Assembly (NCBI GenBank): GCA_963741255.1
Contig: CAVUHM010000001.1
Span: forward strand, 10,675-74,674
Origin: an uncultured Gammaproteobacteria bacterium
GTDB lineage: Bacteria > Pseudomonadota > Gammaproteobacteria > Steroidobacterales > Rariloculaceae
Direction of reading: 5' to 3'
Length of the DNA: 64,000 nt
The notes under the pieces were generated by a model. It was not told where the DNA came from. It worked only from the letters and a program-made list of their open reading frames with translations, and ran no database searches. Positions 1 to 11,947 of the stretch are shown piece after piece (position 1 is the stretch's first letter; each line of letters begins with the position of its first letter). The translations under genes were made by a program, and so were the position numbers.

Positions 1-294
1 CCACCGATGACCGCTTCGGCGGAGGTCGTGGCCCACGGCGAGGACGTCTACTTCCGAAACTGCTCGTTGTGCCACGGCGTCAGCGGCGAGGTGCGTGGCG
101 GACTGTTCCCGGATCTGCGGCGTTCGTTTGCCACGAGTACGCCCGAGGCCTTCCGCACGGTCGTGCTGGAGGGAGCGCTGGAACAGAGCGGTATGCGGTC
201 TTTCTCCGAGGTGCTGACGGCCGAGGATGCCGAGGCGGCGCGCGCTTACATCGTGTCGCTGGCTCGGCGTGCACAGGCTGCGGAACAGCAGTGA
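1..294 (+). CDS. 3' end of a gene cut by the window edge: c-type cytochrome domain, probably the C-terminal heme domain of a quinohemoprotein (PQQ) dehydrogenase
   Basis: Frame is open from nt 1 to the stop at 292-294. It has a CSLCHG (CxxCH) heme motif and resembles the C-terminal heme domain of the quinohemoprotein at 32599-34658. The PQQ part would lie outside the window, so that part is inference. Confidence 0.6.
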   Translation, partial: PPMTASAEVVAHGEDVYFRNCSLCHGVSGEVRGGLFPDLRRSFATSTPEAFRTVVLEGALEQSGMRSFSEVLTAEDAEAARAYIVSLARRAQAAEQQ

Positions 295-318
295 GGCCTA
301 CTGGATTGGGGGGGCTCG

Positions 319-1352
319 ATGGTGAAGAGGCGGGCGAGGTCATGGTTGTCGGCTGCTGTGCTGCTGCTTGCGGCCTGCGACAACAGCGGTCGGGCGCCAG
401 CCGACAGCGGTGCGGGCGCTATGCCTGCTGCAAGTCGGCGTGGGGCGGAGCCCGTCGCGGTGGCGGCCCACCCCGATCCGCTCGCGGCGCTGGGGAGCAC
501 CGAGCCGACTCTTGCCGCGAACAAGCGGCTGGTGTTCGACTTTTGGCGGAGCGTGGTCAACGCGGGCCGCGTGGAAGTCGCGGACGACCTTCTGACAGAA
601 GGCTATATCCAACATAGCCCGGTTCTGCGCACGGGCCGCACCGCATTCAAAGAGATCTTTTCGGTCGTGCCCCGCCGCGACGTTCCGGAGCTCGTTGCTC
701 CTGCGCTGGTCGCGAGCGTGGCCGAAAGCAACTTGGTCGTGATGGCGCTGCTCGAAACGATGCCCGCGCGGGAAGAGTCGTCCGCGTATACCACGACGCA
801 CTTCAACCTATTTCGTATCGATGAGGGCCGTCTCGCCGAGCACTGGCATTCGGTGCAGACCCCGCCCGGTCCCGACGTCCCATTGCCCGAGGAGGGCGGT
901 CCGCAGCCGGTGACGGGTGTCACGGGTGCAGCGCAGCTCACGCTGCTGGCGTCGGCGGATCCGCGCCTCGCCGCGAACAAGCGCCTGGTCTTCGACGTCT
1001 GGCGCGAGATCGTCGATGCCGGTCGCGGGGACGGAGTCGAGCGTTATCTCGACGCGGCCTTCGTCGAGCACAATCCTGCTGCGGCTTCTGGGCGTGAAGG
1101 GTTTCAAGGAGTATTTCGCCGCACGCACCGCAAGGCCGGTCGAGGCAGTCGATTCGGGCGCCGGTCGTTGCGTTGGTTGCGGAGGGCGATCTCGTCGTGC
1201 TCGTGACCATGCGCGAGCACCCGCACCCAAGCCGTGCCGGCCGCACTTACACGACGACCTGGTTCGACATGTTTCGCGTCGTCGACGGCCGGTTGGCCGA
1301 GCATTGGGATGCGGCAACGAAGCCCGACGCATCGATCGATCCCGCGCGTTGA
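319..1352 (+). pseudogene. exported tandem SnoaL-like/NTF2-fold protein (two repeats), frame broken twice
   Basis: Lipobox-like N-terminus (LLLAAC). Two repeats each begin ANKRLVFDxW and end GRLAEHW. Repeat 2 is readable only by joining ORF 319-1206, the frame of ORF 917-1405 (about 1095-1150), and a third frame ending at TGA 1350-1352. Confidence 0.6.
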
Positions 1353-1391
1353 TCTGCTCGCTGTCGACCGACCGTGATGCGCGCCGGCGCG

Positions 1392-2996
1392 CTAGCGGCA
1401 GCTGAAGCTCGCGGCGTCGTTGGGATCGCCGCCGTCGTAGCGCGCGACGCTGGGGTACGGGCAGAGCGGGCGCGTGACGCCGGGCAGCGCGCGGCCGGAG
1501 GCAATCACACGATCCGGCGCGACATCGGCCTCGACCCAGGCCTGGATCGCCGTCAGCATGTCGAAGCTGTCGGTGGCCTGACCGCCGGCGCAGTGCAGCA
1601 TGCCGGGCACGAAGTATAGGCGCGCCCAGTCCTGCGGCCCGCCAGCGTCCCGCGGTGTGAGCCGCGCGTACCAGTCCGTCAGCGCGCCCGCCGACATGCT
1701 CTGATCCGACAGGCCGTGATAGACGATGAGCTTGCCGCCGCGTCCCGCGAAGCTCGAATGCAGTGTGCCGATCGCGTCGTTGATGGCCGCGGTCTCCGCG
1801 GTAAGCGCCATGTCGCGATCGAAATCGAAGTCGAGCGGATCTAGATCGGGGCGCGCAGGTGTCATCGCGAACAGGCGGAGCGTGTCGGACCCGAGCGAGG
1901 CATTCGCCGGCGGCCGCCCGTTGCCGCCCAGGTGCATCGAGCGCCAGGCGGGACTCGCGATGCCCGTGTCGAAGGTGAAAGCGCCGTACAGCGATTCGCC
2001 GGCCGAGTTGCGCGCGCCCGCGAAGATGTCACTGAGCGCCGTGGCTTGCCGCGCCGACAGGCATCGCCGTGCGTCGCCGGCCGCGGCATCGCACTGCAGT
2101 GACTTGGGATCGAAGCCGCAACCCTCGAAGTCGTTGATCAAGCCGTCGGCGAGGCCGTCGAGTGCATCGCACTCGGCCGTCACGGCACCCGCGACCGTTT
2201 GCAGCTCGGTATCGGAAAACGCGGCCGACGTGTCGGGTCGGCCGTCGGGTCCCGGCGGCGCGATTCGCGTGACGGTCTGCAGGCTGTAGACCTGATTAGC
2301 CGCGATGCGCGTCAGATTGAAGGTGGGATCGCCCGCGACGACGCCGTCGAATTCGAGCGGCAGGCGCTGCGCGGCGAGCATCCCCTCGCGTCCGCCCGTC
2401 GAGCAACCCATGAAATACGAGTGTTCGGGTCGCCTGCCGTAAAAGCGATCGATGATGGACTTCGCCTCGTAGGTCGTTCGCTGTACGGCCTGGTAGGCAA
2501 AGTCGAGCTTGGCTTGCTGATCGGCTGCGAAGCTCGAGTCGACGATGCTGCGGCCGCGATGGCCGCCGTCGGTGCTGACGACGGCGAAGCCGCGTTCGAG
2601 CGCCGATGAACCGCCTGAGACACTGCCGAAAGCCGGGTTCAGAGCGCCGTTCAAGCCGCCGCCGCCCTGAAAGAGAAAGCGGCCGTTCCAGTCGAGCGGC
2701 AGGCGCAGCTCGAAGCCGATGCCGAGACTTACCGCTTCGATCGAAGAGGGCCGGGCATCGAGCGTGACTCGGAACAGGCAATGCGCGAGCGCCGGCACGC
2801 GTGCCTGGGGCGGCCCGGCCGCGGGCGCCGCGGCCGCGTCGACCCACTCCGCCGAGTCGACGCGGAAGCCGTCCGCGTCGAGCGCTGCGAGCGCCTCGCA
2901 GGTGGCGCGCGACTCGGCTTCAGCGCCGAGTGCGGGCTCGAGCGCCAACAGCCCGAATGCAGCCAGCGCAGTGCCGCACGAAATCGACTTGTGCAT
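1392..2996 (-). CDS. tannase/feruloyl esterase family serine hydrolase, secreted
   Basis: ORF 1392-3314 trimmed to Met107 (MHKSISCGTALAAFGLLAL signal peptide). It has the FQGGGGLNG block and the GCSTGGREG nucleophile motif typical of the tannase/feruloyl esterase family. A paralogue lies at 54679-56235. Confidence 0.85.
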   Translation of the reverse strand: MHKSISCGTALAAFGLLALEPALGAEAESRATCEALAALDADGFRVDSAEWVDAAAAPAAGPPQARVPALAHCLFRVTLDARPSSIEAVSLGIGFELRLPLDWNGRFLFQGGGGLNGALNPAFGSVSGGSSALERGFAVVSTDGGHRGRSIVDSSFAADQQAKLDFAYQAVQRTTYEAKSIIDRFYGRRPEHSYFMGCSTGGREGMLAAQRLPLEFDGVVAGDPTFNLTRIAANQVYSLQTVTRIAPPGPDGRPDTSAAFSDTELQTVAGAVTAECDALDGLADGLINDFEGCGFDPKSLQCDAAAGDARRCLSARQATALSDIFAGARNSAGESLYGAFTFDTGIASPAWRSMHLGGNGRPPANASLGSDTLRLFAMTPARPDLDPLDFDFDRDMALTAETAAINDAIGTLHSSFAGRGGKLIVYHGLSDQSMSAGALTDWYARLTPRDAGGPQDWARLYFVPGMLHCAGGQATDSFDMLTAIQAWVEADVAPDRVIASGRALPGVTRPLCPYPSVARYDGGDPNDAASFSCR

Positions 2997-3405
2997 GGAC
3001 GGATTATTCGGCAGACCGCTGGAAGCAATCAACGTCCGACTCAGAACACGGCGACTTGACGTGGCATGAATCCGTGCGTTTCGCTGAGATTGGGCGTCAG
3101 CGCCTGACCGCTCAGGCTTATCGCGTTCGCCCATTCGCAAGGACGCGAAACCGGCCGCATGCGCCGATGCCCTCGTCGAACGACGTTCGCCGCTTTCAGC
3201 GAAACAGTTTCCGCTTCGATGACGACGAACGACGATCCGAAGTGATCTGCGCTTCACGTGATTAGCGCGGCCAGAGCGATGCCGCTGGCGATGCGATAAG
3301 CTCACGCGACGCAAGTCGCGGGAACGCTCCTATGTCGAGGCAGACAATTTCGTCGCGCCGACCAAGCTCGCCGCGACAGTACGCGCGGCGCGGGCTTGTG
3401 ACGCC

Positions 3406-5085
3406 GTGAAGCAGCCAGGCATCTTGAACCGACGAACGTGGCTGCTAGGGAGCGGCGCACTGACGGTCGCCGCGCTCGCGCGTGCGATACCGCTGCTCGG
3501 TCAGGAAGAATCCGCGCCGGGCCGCGTGGTAGACACGGCGAACGGTAAAGTCCGCGGGCTCGCGCAGCGCGGCGTCCAAGTCTTCAAAGGAATTCCTTAC
3601 GGTGCACCGACGAGCGGTGCGAGTCGCTTCAGGCCGCCGCGCAAACCAGAGTCGTGGCGCGGCATTCGCGAGGCGGCGTCCTATGGGTTGCGCGCGTATC
3701 AGCCCCCGCGGCCGATGATCCCAGAGATCGGCGACGCGCTGACGGGCAGCGGCCCGATGAGCGAGGACTGCCTGCGGCTGAACGTTTGGACGCCCCAGGT
3801 CGGGCGAGGCTCGCGCCCCGTGATGGTTTGGTTTCACGGCGGCGGGCAGCGTACGGGGTCCGGCAATTCGATCTTCTACGACGGCACCGAGCTCGCGCGA
3901 CAGCACGATGTCACCGTCGTCACCGTTACGCATCGACTGAACGCCTTCGCCTATCTCTGGCTGGCCGGTCTCCCGGGCGCTCGCGAGCGCTTCGCCGACT
4001 CGGCGAATCTCGGGCTCCGCGACCTGGTGCTCGCGCTCGAATGGGTGCGCGACAACATCGCTGCATTTGGCGGTGACCCACACAACGTCACCGTGTTCGG
4101 CCAATCCGGAGGCGGCGGCAAGACGGCGATGCTCACGGGCTTCCCTGCGGCACAGGGACTCTTCCAACGCGCCATCATAATGAGCACACTCGCGGACACG
4201 GCCCTGACGGGTCTCGAACCGGAGCATGCCGTGGAAGCGGCGGAGCTGCTGCTGCGGCGCCTCGGCATCGCGGCGCCGGATGCCGCGCGGCTCGAGAAAC
4301 TGCCGCCCGAGGCGATCGTCGCCGCCCTCGCGAGCGATGCGACTGCCGGCGAGCGGCCGGCGCCCGATCTCTCGCAACGTTACGTGCCGGTCGTCGACGG
4401 CACGACGTTGCCCGCACATCCGTTCGAGCCGTCCGCCTCGCCGCTCTCGGCCGCGGTCCCCATTCTCACGGGGTCGAACGAGTGCGAGGCGGTTCCTTAC
4501 GGCAACCCGAACGACGCTTATTGGGCGAGCGAGCCCACGAACGACGGTGAGCTGCGCGCGGCGCTGCAGCGCATCGTTACGCTCGACGACGCGGCCGCGG
4601 ACCGCCTGATCGCGCTGTATCGCACGAACCGCCCGACTGCTACACCGGGCGATCTGGCGGCGATCATGGCCGGCGATAACTCGCCACTCCGCTTATCGTC
4701 GTACACGATCGCCGCGCGCAAGTTCGCTCAGGGCGTGGCACCCGTTTATCTCTACTACTTCGATTGGTACTCGCCTGTGCGCGACGGCAAGCTGCGCGCG
4801 ATGCACGGCATGGAGCTACCGTTCGTTTTCGCTCACCCGGATCTCGTGCGTTTCATGACTGGCGTGGGCGAGGAGCGCTACGAGCTCGCGCGGAAAATGA
4901 GCGCGGCGTGGGTGGCCTTTGCGCGCACCGGCAACCCCAACCACGATGGCATTCCACGCTGGGAGCCGTGGAACCCTACTCGCTGGCCGACGATGATGTT
5001 CGGCCGCGAGGTGCGCGCCGCCGACGATCCGTGGGGCGACGAGAGGCGCGCAATGGCGGCCGCGCGCGACGCTCAGGCACGCTAA
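3406..5085 (+). CDS. type-B carboxylesterase (para-nitrobenzyl esterase-like), TAT/Sec exported
   Basis: Intact 559-aa ORF with a GTG start. N-terminus NRRTWLLGSGALTVAA. Motifs EDCLRLNVWTP, WFHGGG and GQSGGG (GxSxG) are typical of the COesterase family. Confidence 0.9.
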   Translation: MKQPGILNRRTWLLGSGALTVAALARAIPLLGQEESAPGRVVDTANGKVRGLAQRGVQVFKGIPYGAPTSGASRFRPPRKPESWRGIREAASYGLRAYQPPRPMIPEIGDALTGSGPMSEDCLRLNVWTPQVGRGSRPVMVWFHGGGQRTGSGNSIFYDGTELARQHDVTVVTVTHRLNAFAYLWLAGLPGARERFADSANLGLRDLVLALEWVRDNIAAFGGDPHNVTVFGQSGGGGKTAMLTGFPAAQGLFQRAIIMSTLADTALTGLEPEHAVEAAELLLRRLGIAAPDAARLEKLPPEAIVAALASDATAGERPAPDLSQRYVPVVDGTTLPAHPFEPSASPLSAAVPILTGSNECEAVPYGNPNDAYWASEPTNDGELRAALQRIVTLDDAAADRLIALYRTNRPTATPGDLAAIMAGDNSPLRLSSYTIAARKFAQGVAPVYLYYFDWYSPVRDGKLRAMHGMELPFVFAHPDLVRFMTGVGEERYELARKMSAAWVAFARTGNPNHDGIPRWEPWNPTRWPTMMFGREVRAADDPWGDERRAMAAARDAQAR

Positions 5086-5183
5086 CACGCCGCCGTCGCG
5101 CGACACGATCGCTCCGAGCGTCGCTGCGATCTGCTACAAATTATCGATACCGAGCTGATGACAACGAGCGGGGAAAACCGGTG

Positions 5184-7011
5184 ATGGGACGTTGGGTCGC
5201 CTATGCGGCAGTGTGTGCGTGCGCGCTCGTGGCCTCTTGGACGACAGTCGCTCAGCCCGACCTCGACGGGGACTGGCGCTCGATACGGCACGAGGATTTG
5301 CCCGATCGCGGCCCGGGAGTCGGCCTCGGCGATTACGCGGGCATTCCGCTGACGGACGCCGCGAGGCAATTCGCCGAGAGCTGGGACGCGGCGCGGCTCA
5401 GCATGCCGCAGCAGCAGTGCCGCGTGCATGCGTCGCCGTACAGCTATCGCGGCCCGCTGAACTTGCGGATTTCCGCCGAGCGCGACCCGCGTACGCAGGA
5501 AGTCGTCGCCTACCGGCACTACATCAGCACGTACGAGCAAACGCGCACGATCTGGATGGACGGCCGGCCGCATCCTCCGCCGCTACGCTCCGCACACGTG
5601 GATGGGGTTCTCGACGGGGCGGTGGCAGGGTGACCGGCTCGTCGTCGAGACGACGCACATCAAGAACGGCTGGCATCGACGCAACGGTGTACCGATGAGC
5701 GATCGGGCGACGATGACCGAATATCTCGTCCCGCACGAGGACACGTTCACGCACATCGCCGTGATTCGCGATCCCGTCTATCTGACGGAGCCGTGGGTCA
5801 AGACGCAGCACTTCGAGATCATGCGGCGCGCATTGCCGGCCAACGCCTGGCTCTGGCCGTGCACGGTCGTCGAAGAGGTGGACCGCGATCCGAACGAGGT
5901 GCCGCACTATCTGCCCGGCAAGAACCCCTATATGGCGGACTACCGCGCCGAGGTGCATCTCGACGTGCCGGGCGTCGGCGGCGGTGCCGCTACGCTGCTG
6001 CCGGAGTTCGCGCGGCGAGTGGCGAACGAGCCCGCGACGCCGGCGCAACCGCCCCGACGCAGCGGCCGTGCCGCGTCGGCGCGTCGAGCAGGCACCGCCG
6101 CGAAGCCGGCCGCTCAGCCGACCGACGCGATCGAAACTTGGCAGATCCGCGACAACGTTTACATGCTGGTCGGCGCGGGCGCCAACACGACGGTGCATAT
6201 CGGGCTCGATGGCGCCGTGGTCGTCGACCCCAAGCTCGAGGGCGCGAGCGACCGGTTGCTCGCCGCCATCCGCGCGCTCACGCCGCTGCCGATCCGCTTC
6301 GTCATCAATACGCACGTGCACGCCGATGCGATGGGCGGCAACCAAGCCGTGGCCGCCGCCGGCGCGACTCGCACGGGCGGCGTCGTCGTGCGGACGATCG
6401 GCACCGAGCTTCACCGAAGCGGCCGCGATCGTCGCGCACGAGAACGTGCTGGCGCGAGTCTCGACGCCGGGCCCCGACGAGCGACCGCAGCGCGCGTGGC
6501 CGACCGATACGTTCTTCGGCACGCGCCGCGAGTTCGCCGTCAACGGCGACGGCGTCGAGCTGCGGCATTTCCCGAACGCGCACACGGACGGCGACACGAT
6601 CGTCTATTTCCACCGTGCCGACGTGATCGCCGTCGGCGACCTCTTCAGCACCGAGACGCTACCCCGTCATCGATCTCGAGCGCGGCGGCTCGGTGCAGGG
6701 CCTGCTCGCGGCGCTCGACACGATCATCGAGCTCGCGATTCCCGACGTCGATCACGAAGGCGGCACGATGATCGTGCCGAGCCACGGCTATCTGGCCGAC
6801 GAGTTCGACGTGGCCGAGTATCGCGACATGTTGGCGATCGTGCGCGACCGCGTGCGGGACATGCTCGATCGCGGCCTCACGCGCGCCGAGATCCAGGCCG
6901 CTCGGCCGACGTTCGATTGGGACGCGCGCTACGGTGCGGAGTCCGGGCGAGTGGACCACCGCCATGTTCGTCGACGCCGTGATCACGAGCCTGAGCCAGA
7001 GGAGACGTGCG
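5184..7011 (+). pseudogene. GDTLV-motif periplasmic domain (unassigned family) followed by a metallo-beta-lactamase-fold domain; frame broken about 4 times; may be a fusion or two genes
   Basis: Signal peptide MGRWVAYAAVCACALVASW. N-terminal domain has GDW...GDYAGIPLT...GRWQGDRLVVETTHIKNGWHRRNGVP. An Ala/Pro-rich linker follows. The MBL domain has VINTHVHAD (HxHxD) and NAHTDGDT. Read by joining ORFs 4764-5633, 5602-6771, 5984-6982, 6693-7727 and 6934-7548. The 3' end is unresolved. Confidence 0.55.
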
Positions 7012-7764
7012 ATGAAGCGGCAATCGCTTGGCGCTCGTCACGGTCTTCGCAGCTTTGCATCGGCCAACCGCGTGACGGCTCAGTCCGCGCGCGCCGAAGC
7101 GCCCGTCGATCTGACCGGCTATTGGGTCTCGGTCGTGACCGAAGACTGGCCGTGGCGCATGCACACGCCGGCGAAAGGCGACTATGCGAGCATCCCGCTC
7201 AACGCGGAGGGCAGGCGCGTGGCCGATCTATGGACGGATGCGCAAGACGGCTCGTGCCTCGCGTTCGGCGCGGCCGCCGTGCTGCGCATGCCGACCCGCG
7301 TGCACATCACTTGGGCCGACGATTCGACGCTGAAGATCGAGACCGACAACGGCGCGCAGACGCGGTTGTTCCACTTCGATCGAGGCGGCGGCGAACGCGA
7401 GCCGCGCCGCGGTCGCTGCAGGGCACGTCGGTCGCCGAATGGCAGCACGCGGAAGTCGTGCGAGCGCGCGGCGCAGAGGGCGGTGAAACGAGCGCACGAG
7501 TCGACGGCGGCGCGTGGACGCCGCTCAAGGTCACGACGACGAATCTGACAGGCCGCCTGGCTGCGGCCGAACGGTGTGCCGGTCGGCGAAAACGCCGTCG
7601 TGACGGAGTACTTCGACTATTTCACGGAAGGCGAGGAGCAGTGGTTCGTCGTGACGACGATGGTCGACGACCCGCAGTATCTGAGCGAGCGGCTCGTGAT
7701 CAGCTCGAACTTCAGGCGGGAGCATAACGGCGCCCGATGGGCGCCGCAGTCTTGCAAAGGGTGA
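7012..7764 (+). pseudogene. paralogue of the GDTLV-motif family (divergent), frame broken at least twice
   Basis: AGGAGA Shine-Dalgarno-like sequence lies before ATG 7012. It shares LTGYW...GDYASIPLN and TTTNL.GGWLRPNGVP...VTEY with the 5184 gene. Joined from ORF 6934-7548, the frame of 6693-7727 (about 7385-7550) and ORF 7576-7764. Confidence 0.5.
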
Positions 7765-7909
7765 AGCGGGCGCCGGTGCGGGGTAGCCAGGCTACCAGCG
7801 CGCGGTGCGCTTCAGCGCCCCTCTGTTCATTTAGTGCGTCGGTTGGCGCTATGCTCTGCGACATAACAAACGGCTTCGGGGGCGGGCTCGAGGCCAGGGG
7901 AGATCGAGG

Positions 7910-9501
7910 ATGCTTGGGGGACTGCTGCATAGCCGTGGGCATTGGGCGCTGGGTTTATTGATCACTGTCGTTGTTGCCGCGCCGGCGCTGGCGGCCGACG
8001 ATCCGCTCATCGCGGCGGCGAGGGCCGGCGACGTTGGCGGCGTACGCAAGCTCATCGGCGAGCGCGCCGACGTCAACGCGCAGTCCGCAGACGGTTCCAC
8101 GCCGCTGCTCTGGGCCGCCTACAACGGTGAGCCCGCGATGGTGGAGGCGCTGCTCGAAGCGGGCGCCAAGCCCGACACCGCGAACCGCTACGGCGTGACA
8201 CCGTTGCTGCAAGCGAGCCGTGCCGGCGACGCGGCCGTGATCGCGACATTGCTCGAGCATGGCGCGAACGCCGCGCTCGGGCACCCGGACGGCGAGACGC
8301 CGCTGATGGGCGCCGCACGCGTGGGGCGCATCGAAGCCGTCGAGCTGTTGCTCGCGGCGGGCGTCGACGTCAACGCTGTCGATGCGTTCCAGCACGAGAC
8401 CGCGCTGATGCGTGCAGCCGCTGAGGGGCACACGGTGGTCGTCGATCGGCTGCTCGCAGCCGGCGCTGACCCGAACGGCCAAGCGCGTGTCACCGCGCTC
8501 AAGGATCGCAAGAACGCCGACTATCCGAGCGGCGGTTTCTCGGCCCTGATGTGGGCCGTGCGTAACGGCCATGTCGATGTCGTGCGGCGGCTCGTCACCG
8601 CCGGCGCGGATCTCAATGCGCGGAACGGCGACGGTGCGACCGCGATGATGATCGCGATCGTCAACGATCGCTACGATCTTGCGGCGGACGCTCGTCGACC
8701 TCGGCGCCGACGTCAACGACGGCTCGCTCTACCACGCCGTCGAGATGCGCGACGCAACGACGGACTGGTACGCGCGCGACGGCTCGAAGCTGCGCGCGAA
8801 TCACCCGAACCGGCACACGGCGCTCGACCTGATCGCACTGCTGCTCGACAAGGGCGCCGATCCCAACAAGCCGTTCGTCGGCCAGATGCACTCGGCGACG
8901 ATGTGCTGCGACACCGTCGCCAACGGCTCGCCGTTCTTCCGCGCCGCGATCGCCGCCGACGTCGTAGCGCTGAAGCTACTGCTCGCGCGCGGTGCGGCTG
9001 TCGAATGGACGCCGAGCAACGCCGACGGCTTGAAAGGCGCCAACACCAACGTCGGCCTGACGCCGTTGATGGTCGCAATGAAAGGCGGCCGTGGCGTGCC
9101 GTTCTCAGCCGGTCCCGGTTTCGTGCGCAAGGGACCGCCTCCGTTTCGCGAGCAGTCGAACCGAGAGCCGGCGCAGGCCGTGAAGCTGTTGCTCGAGGCC
9201 GGTGCGAACCCGAACGCCGTATCGCCGACGAAGGCCACGGTGCTGCACCTCGCCGTGGAAACGCGCAACCTCGAGACGCTCGATGCCTTGATCGCGGCGG
9301 GCGCCTCGCTGAGCGCAAAGAATGCCGATGGGCTCACGCCGCTGCAGGTTGCCGAGAAGCTCAAGCCCGACGATCCGGAGAATCGCAGCCCGTTCGGGCC
9401 GCAGGAGTTCATGCCGGTCGCGACGCCCGCAGCAGATCGTCGCGCTGCTGCGCGAGGCCGCCGCGGCGCCGGCGGTGGCTCACGAGGTCGCAGCGCGGTA
9501 A
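7910..9501 (+). pseudogene. exported ankyrin-repeat protein (copy 1), frame broken about twice
   Basis: Signal peptide (ALGLLITVVVAAPALA). Many repeats of the ankyrin type (G.TPL..AA..G....V..LL..GAD.N). ORF 7910-9889 is valid to about 8680, then ORF 8679-10310 to about 9425, then a third frame ending ...QQIVALLREAAAAPAVAHEVAAR at about 9499-9501. Confidence 0.75.
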
Positions 9502-11944
9502 TGAAGAGGAAGTCGCTCTACGTGGGTGCCGGCAGTGTCGCGGTCGCGGCGGTGGCCGCCGGGGTCGTGCTCCATACGCAGCGCTCGCCGGATGCCGTGC
9601 TGCACGAGCGCTGGGCGATGATCGATCACTACTGCGTCAGTTGCCACAACGATGCCGAGCTCACGGGCGGTGTGTCGTTCGAGCGCCTGAAGCCCGAGAA
9701 CGTCGCGGCCGATGCGCGCATCTGGGAAGCCGCGATCCGCAAGCTCAGGCTCGGCATGATGCCGCCGCGCGAGGAGCCGCAGCCGGAGCCCGGCGTGCGA
9801 GAGTCGTTCGTCGGCGCGCTCGAGTCCACGCTCGACGCTGCGGCCGAGGCTCGGCCGTACGCGGGCGAGCGGATCCGTGCACCGGTTGAATCGCGCCGAG
9901 TACGCCAATGCCGTGCGCGATCTGCTCGGCGTCGAGATCGACGTCGCCGAGCTTCTGCCGAGCGACGGCGGCGACTTCGGCTTCGACAACATCGCCTCGG
10001 TGCTGACCACGTCGCCACTGTTGCTCGAGCGTTATTTGACGGCGGCGCTGCGCATTGCGGATGCGGCGATCGGGGATGTCCAAGCGGCGCCGACGGCGGC
10101 AACGTACAAGATCGGTGTCGAGGTCACGCAGAACCAGCACATGGCGGGGCTGCCGATCGGCACGCGCGGCGGCACCGTCGTTCGCCACAACTTCCCGGCC
10201 GACGCCGAATACGTCCTGTCGGGTCGGCTGCTGAACACGGTGGCCGAGGGGTACTCGGGCGTCGAAGGCCACGACGAGCCGCACGAGTTCGTCATCACGA
10301 TCGACGGTGAGCAGGTGTTCTCCGCGCGGATCGGTGGACCCGAGGACCACGCCGAAAACTCGCGCGACTTTCTTGGCGTCGCACGCCGCCATCGACGAGC
10401 GCATGACGTCGCCGCGGTTGGCCGTCACGGCCGGCCCGCACGAAGTAGGCTTCACCTGGGTCGAGCGTCCGGCCGTCGAGCAGAACGTCTGGCAACCGCC
10501 TCTGCGCGCCACGCAGGAAGTGCACAACCCGTCCGGGCTACCGCGGCTCGAGTCCGCGAGCATCGTGGGGCCGTACGACGCAACGGGCGTTAGCTCCACT
10601 CCGAGCCGCGAGCGCATTCTCGTCTGCCAGCCGCAATCGCCGGCCGACGAGCCGGCGTGCGCCGAACGGATCTTCTCTTCGCTCGCGAAGCGCGCGTTTC
10701 GCCGGCCCGTCGACGCCGAGGACTTGGCTCCGGCGCTTGAGTTCTTCGCGCAGGCACGCGAGGAGGAAGGCAACTTCGACGCCGGCATCAAGGCAGGCAT
10801 TGCGCGCATTCTCGTGAGCCCGTCGTTCCTGTACCGCACCGAGTACGACCCGGCCGATCTCGCGGCAGGCTCTACGCATCGCGTCAGCGATGTCGAGCTC
10901 GCATCGCGGCTGTCGTTCTTCTTGTGGTCCAGCATCCCCGACGACGAGCTGCTCGATGTCGCCATCGATGGCCGCTTACGCTCCGCGAGCGTGCTCGAGG
11001 CGCAGGTGCGGCGAATGATCGCGGATCCGCGTGCCGACGCGCTCGTCCAGAACTTCACGGGGCAGTGGCTGCAGCTGCGTAATCTCGAGCAGCGCGTGGT
11101 TCCGGATTTGCTGCTGTTCCCCGACTTCGACGACAACTTGAGGCAGGCATTCCGCCGCGAGACCGAGTTGCTGTTCGCCGAGGTACTGCGCAGCGATCGC
11201 AGCGTGCTCGAGCTGCTGACCGCGAACTACACCTTCGTCAACGAGCGCCTGGCACGGCACTACGGAATCCCCGGCGTCTATGGCGCGCGCTTCCGCCGCG
11301 TCGAGCATACGGACCCGAACCGCTACGGCCTGCTCGGCCACGGCAGCATCCTGTCGCTGACCTCGGCGGCGACCAGAACCTCGCCGATCATCCGCGGCAA
11401 GTTCCTGATGGCGAACTTCTTGAATAACCCGCCGCCGACTCCGCCGGCCGTGGTTCCGGCGCTCGAGGACAGCGCGCCGAAGGACCGGCCTTCGACGGTG
11501 CGCGAGCAGCTCGAGCGCCATCGCGCGAATCCGAATTGCGCGGTTTGCCATCGAACACTCGACCCGCTCGGGTTCGCGCTCGAGAACTTCGATGCCGTCG
11601 GTCAGTGGCAAGACCAGACGATCGACGGCTTGCCGATCGACGCCGCCGGCGTGCTCGCGGACGGGACGCCCGTCGACGGGCCGCAGCAGCTGCGCGCGGC
11701 GCTGACCGCGAAGCCGGAGGTTTTCGCCGGCGCAGTGACCGAGAAGCTGTTGATCTACGCGCTCGGTCGCGGTCTCGAGCCGGCCGATATGCCCGTCGTG
11801 CGCAGCATCCTGCGCAATGCAATCAAGGACGACTATCGGCTCACGGCCATCGTGCTCGGTATCGTCGATAGTCTTCCGTTTCAAATGCGTACCAAGCCTG
11901 GTGCCTCGAGCGATCTACAGAGCATCGCGCAAGCGAAGGAGTAG
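9501..11944 (+). pseudogene. DUF1592/DUF1588/DUF1585-type large heme-motif protein (copy 1), frame broken about twice
   Basis: Its ATG overlaps the upstream stop (TAATG). N-terminal CVSCHN and C-terminal CAVCHRTLDPLGFALENFD heme-type motifs. Blocks VELASRLSFFLWSSIPDDELL, NFTGQWLQLRNL and TRTSPIIRGKF are as in Planctomycete-type DUF1592/1588 proteins. Joined from the frame of ORF 8679-10310, ORF 9877-10593 and ORF 10307-11944. Confidence 0.8.
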
Positions 11945-11947
11945 CCC

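Noticed and set aside
3445-4419. 324-aa minus-strand ORF antisense to the carboxylesterase gene
   Set aside because: It is an Arg/Ala/Pro-rich, low-complexity translation with no recognisable motifs. This is typical of a shadow ORF, which very GC-rich DNA produces opposite a real gene.
7737-7961. 74-aa ORF and other short ORFs in the 7765-7909 spacer
   Set aside because: It overlaps the promoter/RBS region and the start of the ankyrin gene, and it has no motif and no RBS. My reading of the printed sequence near 7870-7920 also disagreed by one base with the ORF track, so I used the track coordinates there.
9745-11136. 463-aa minus-strand ORF opposite the DUF1592-type gene
   Set aside because: Same shadow-ORF character (Ser/Arg/Ala-rich). 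The plus strand carries clear family motifs.
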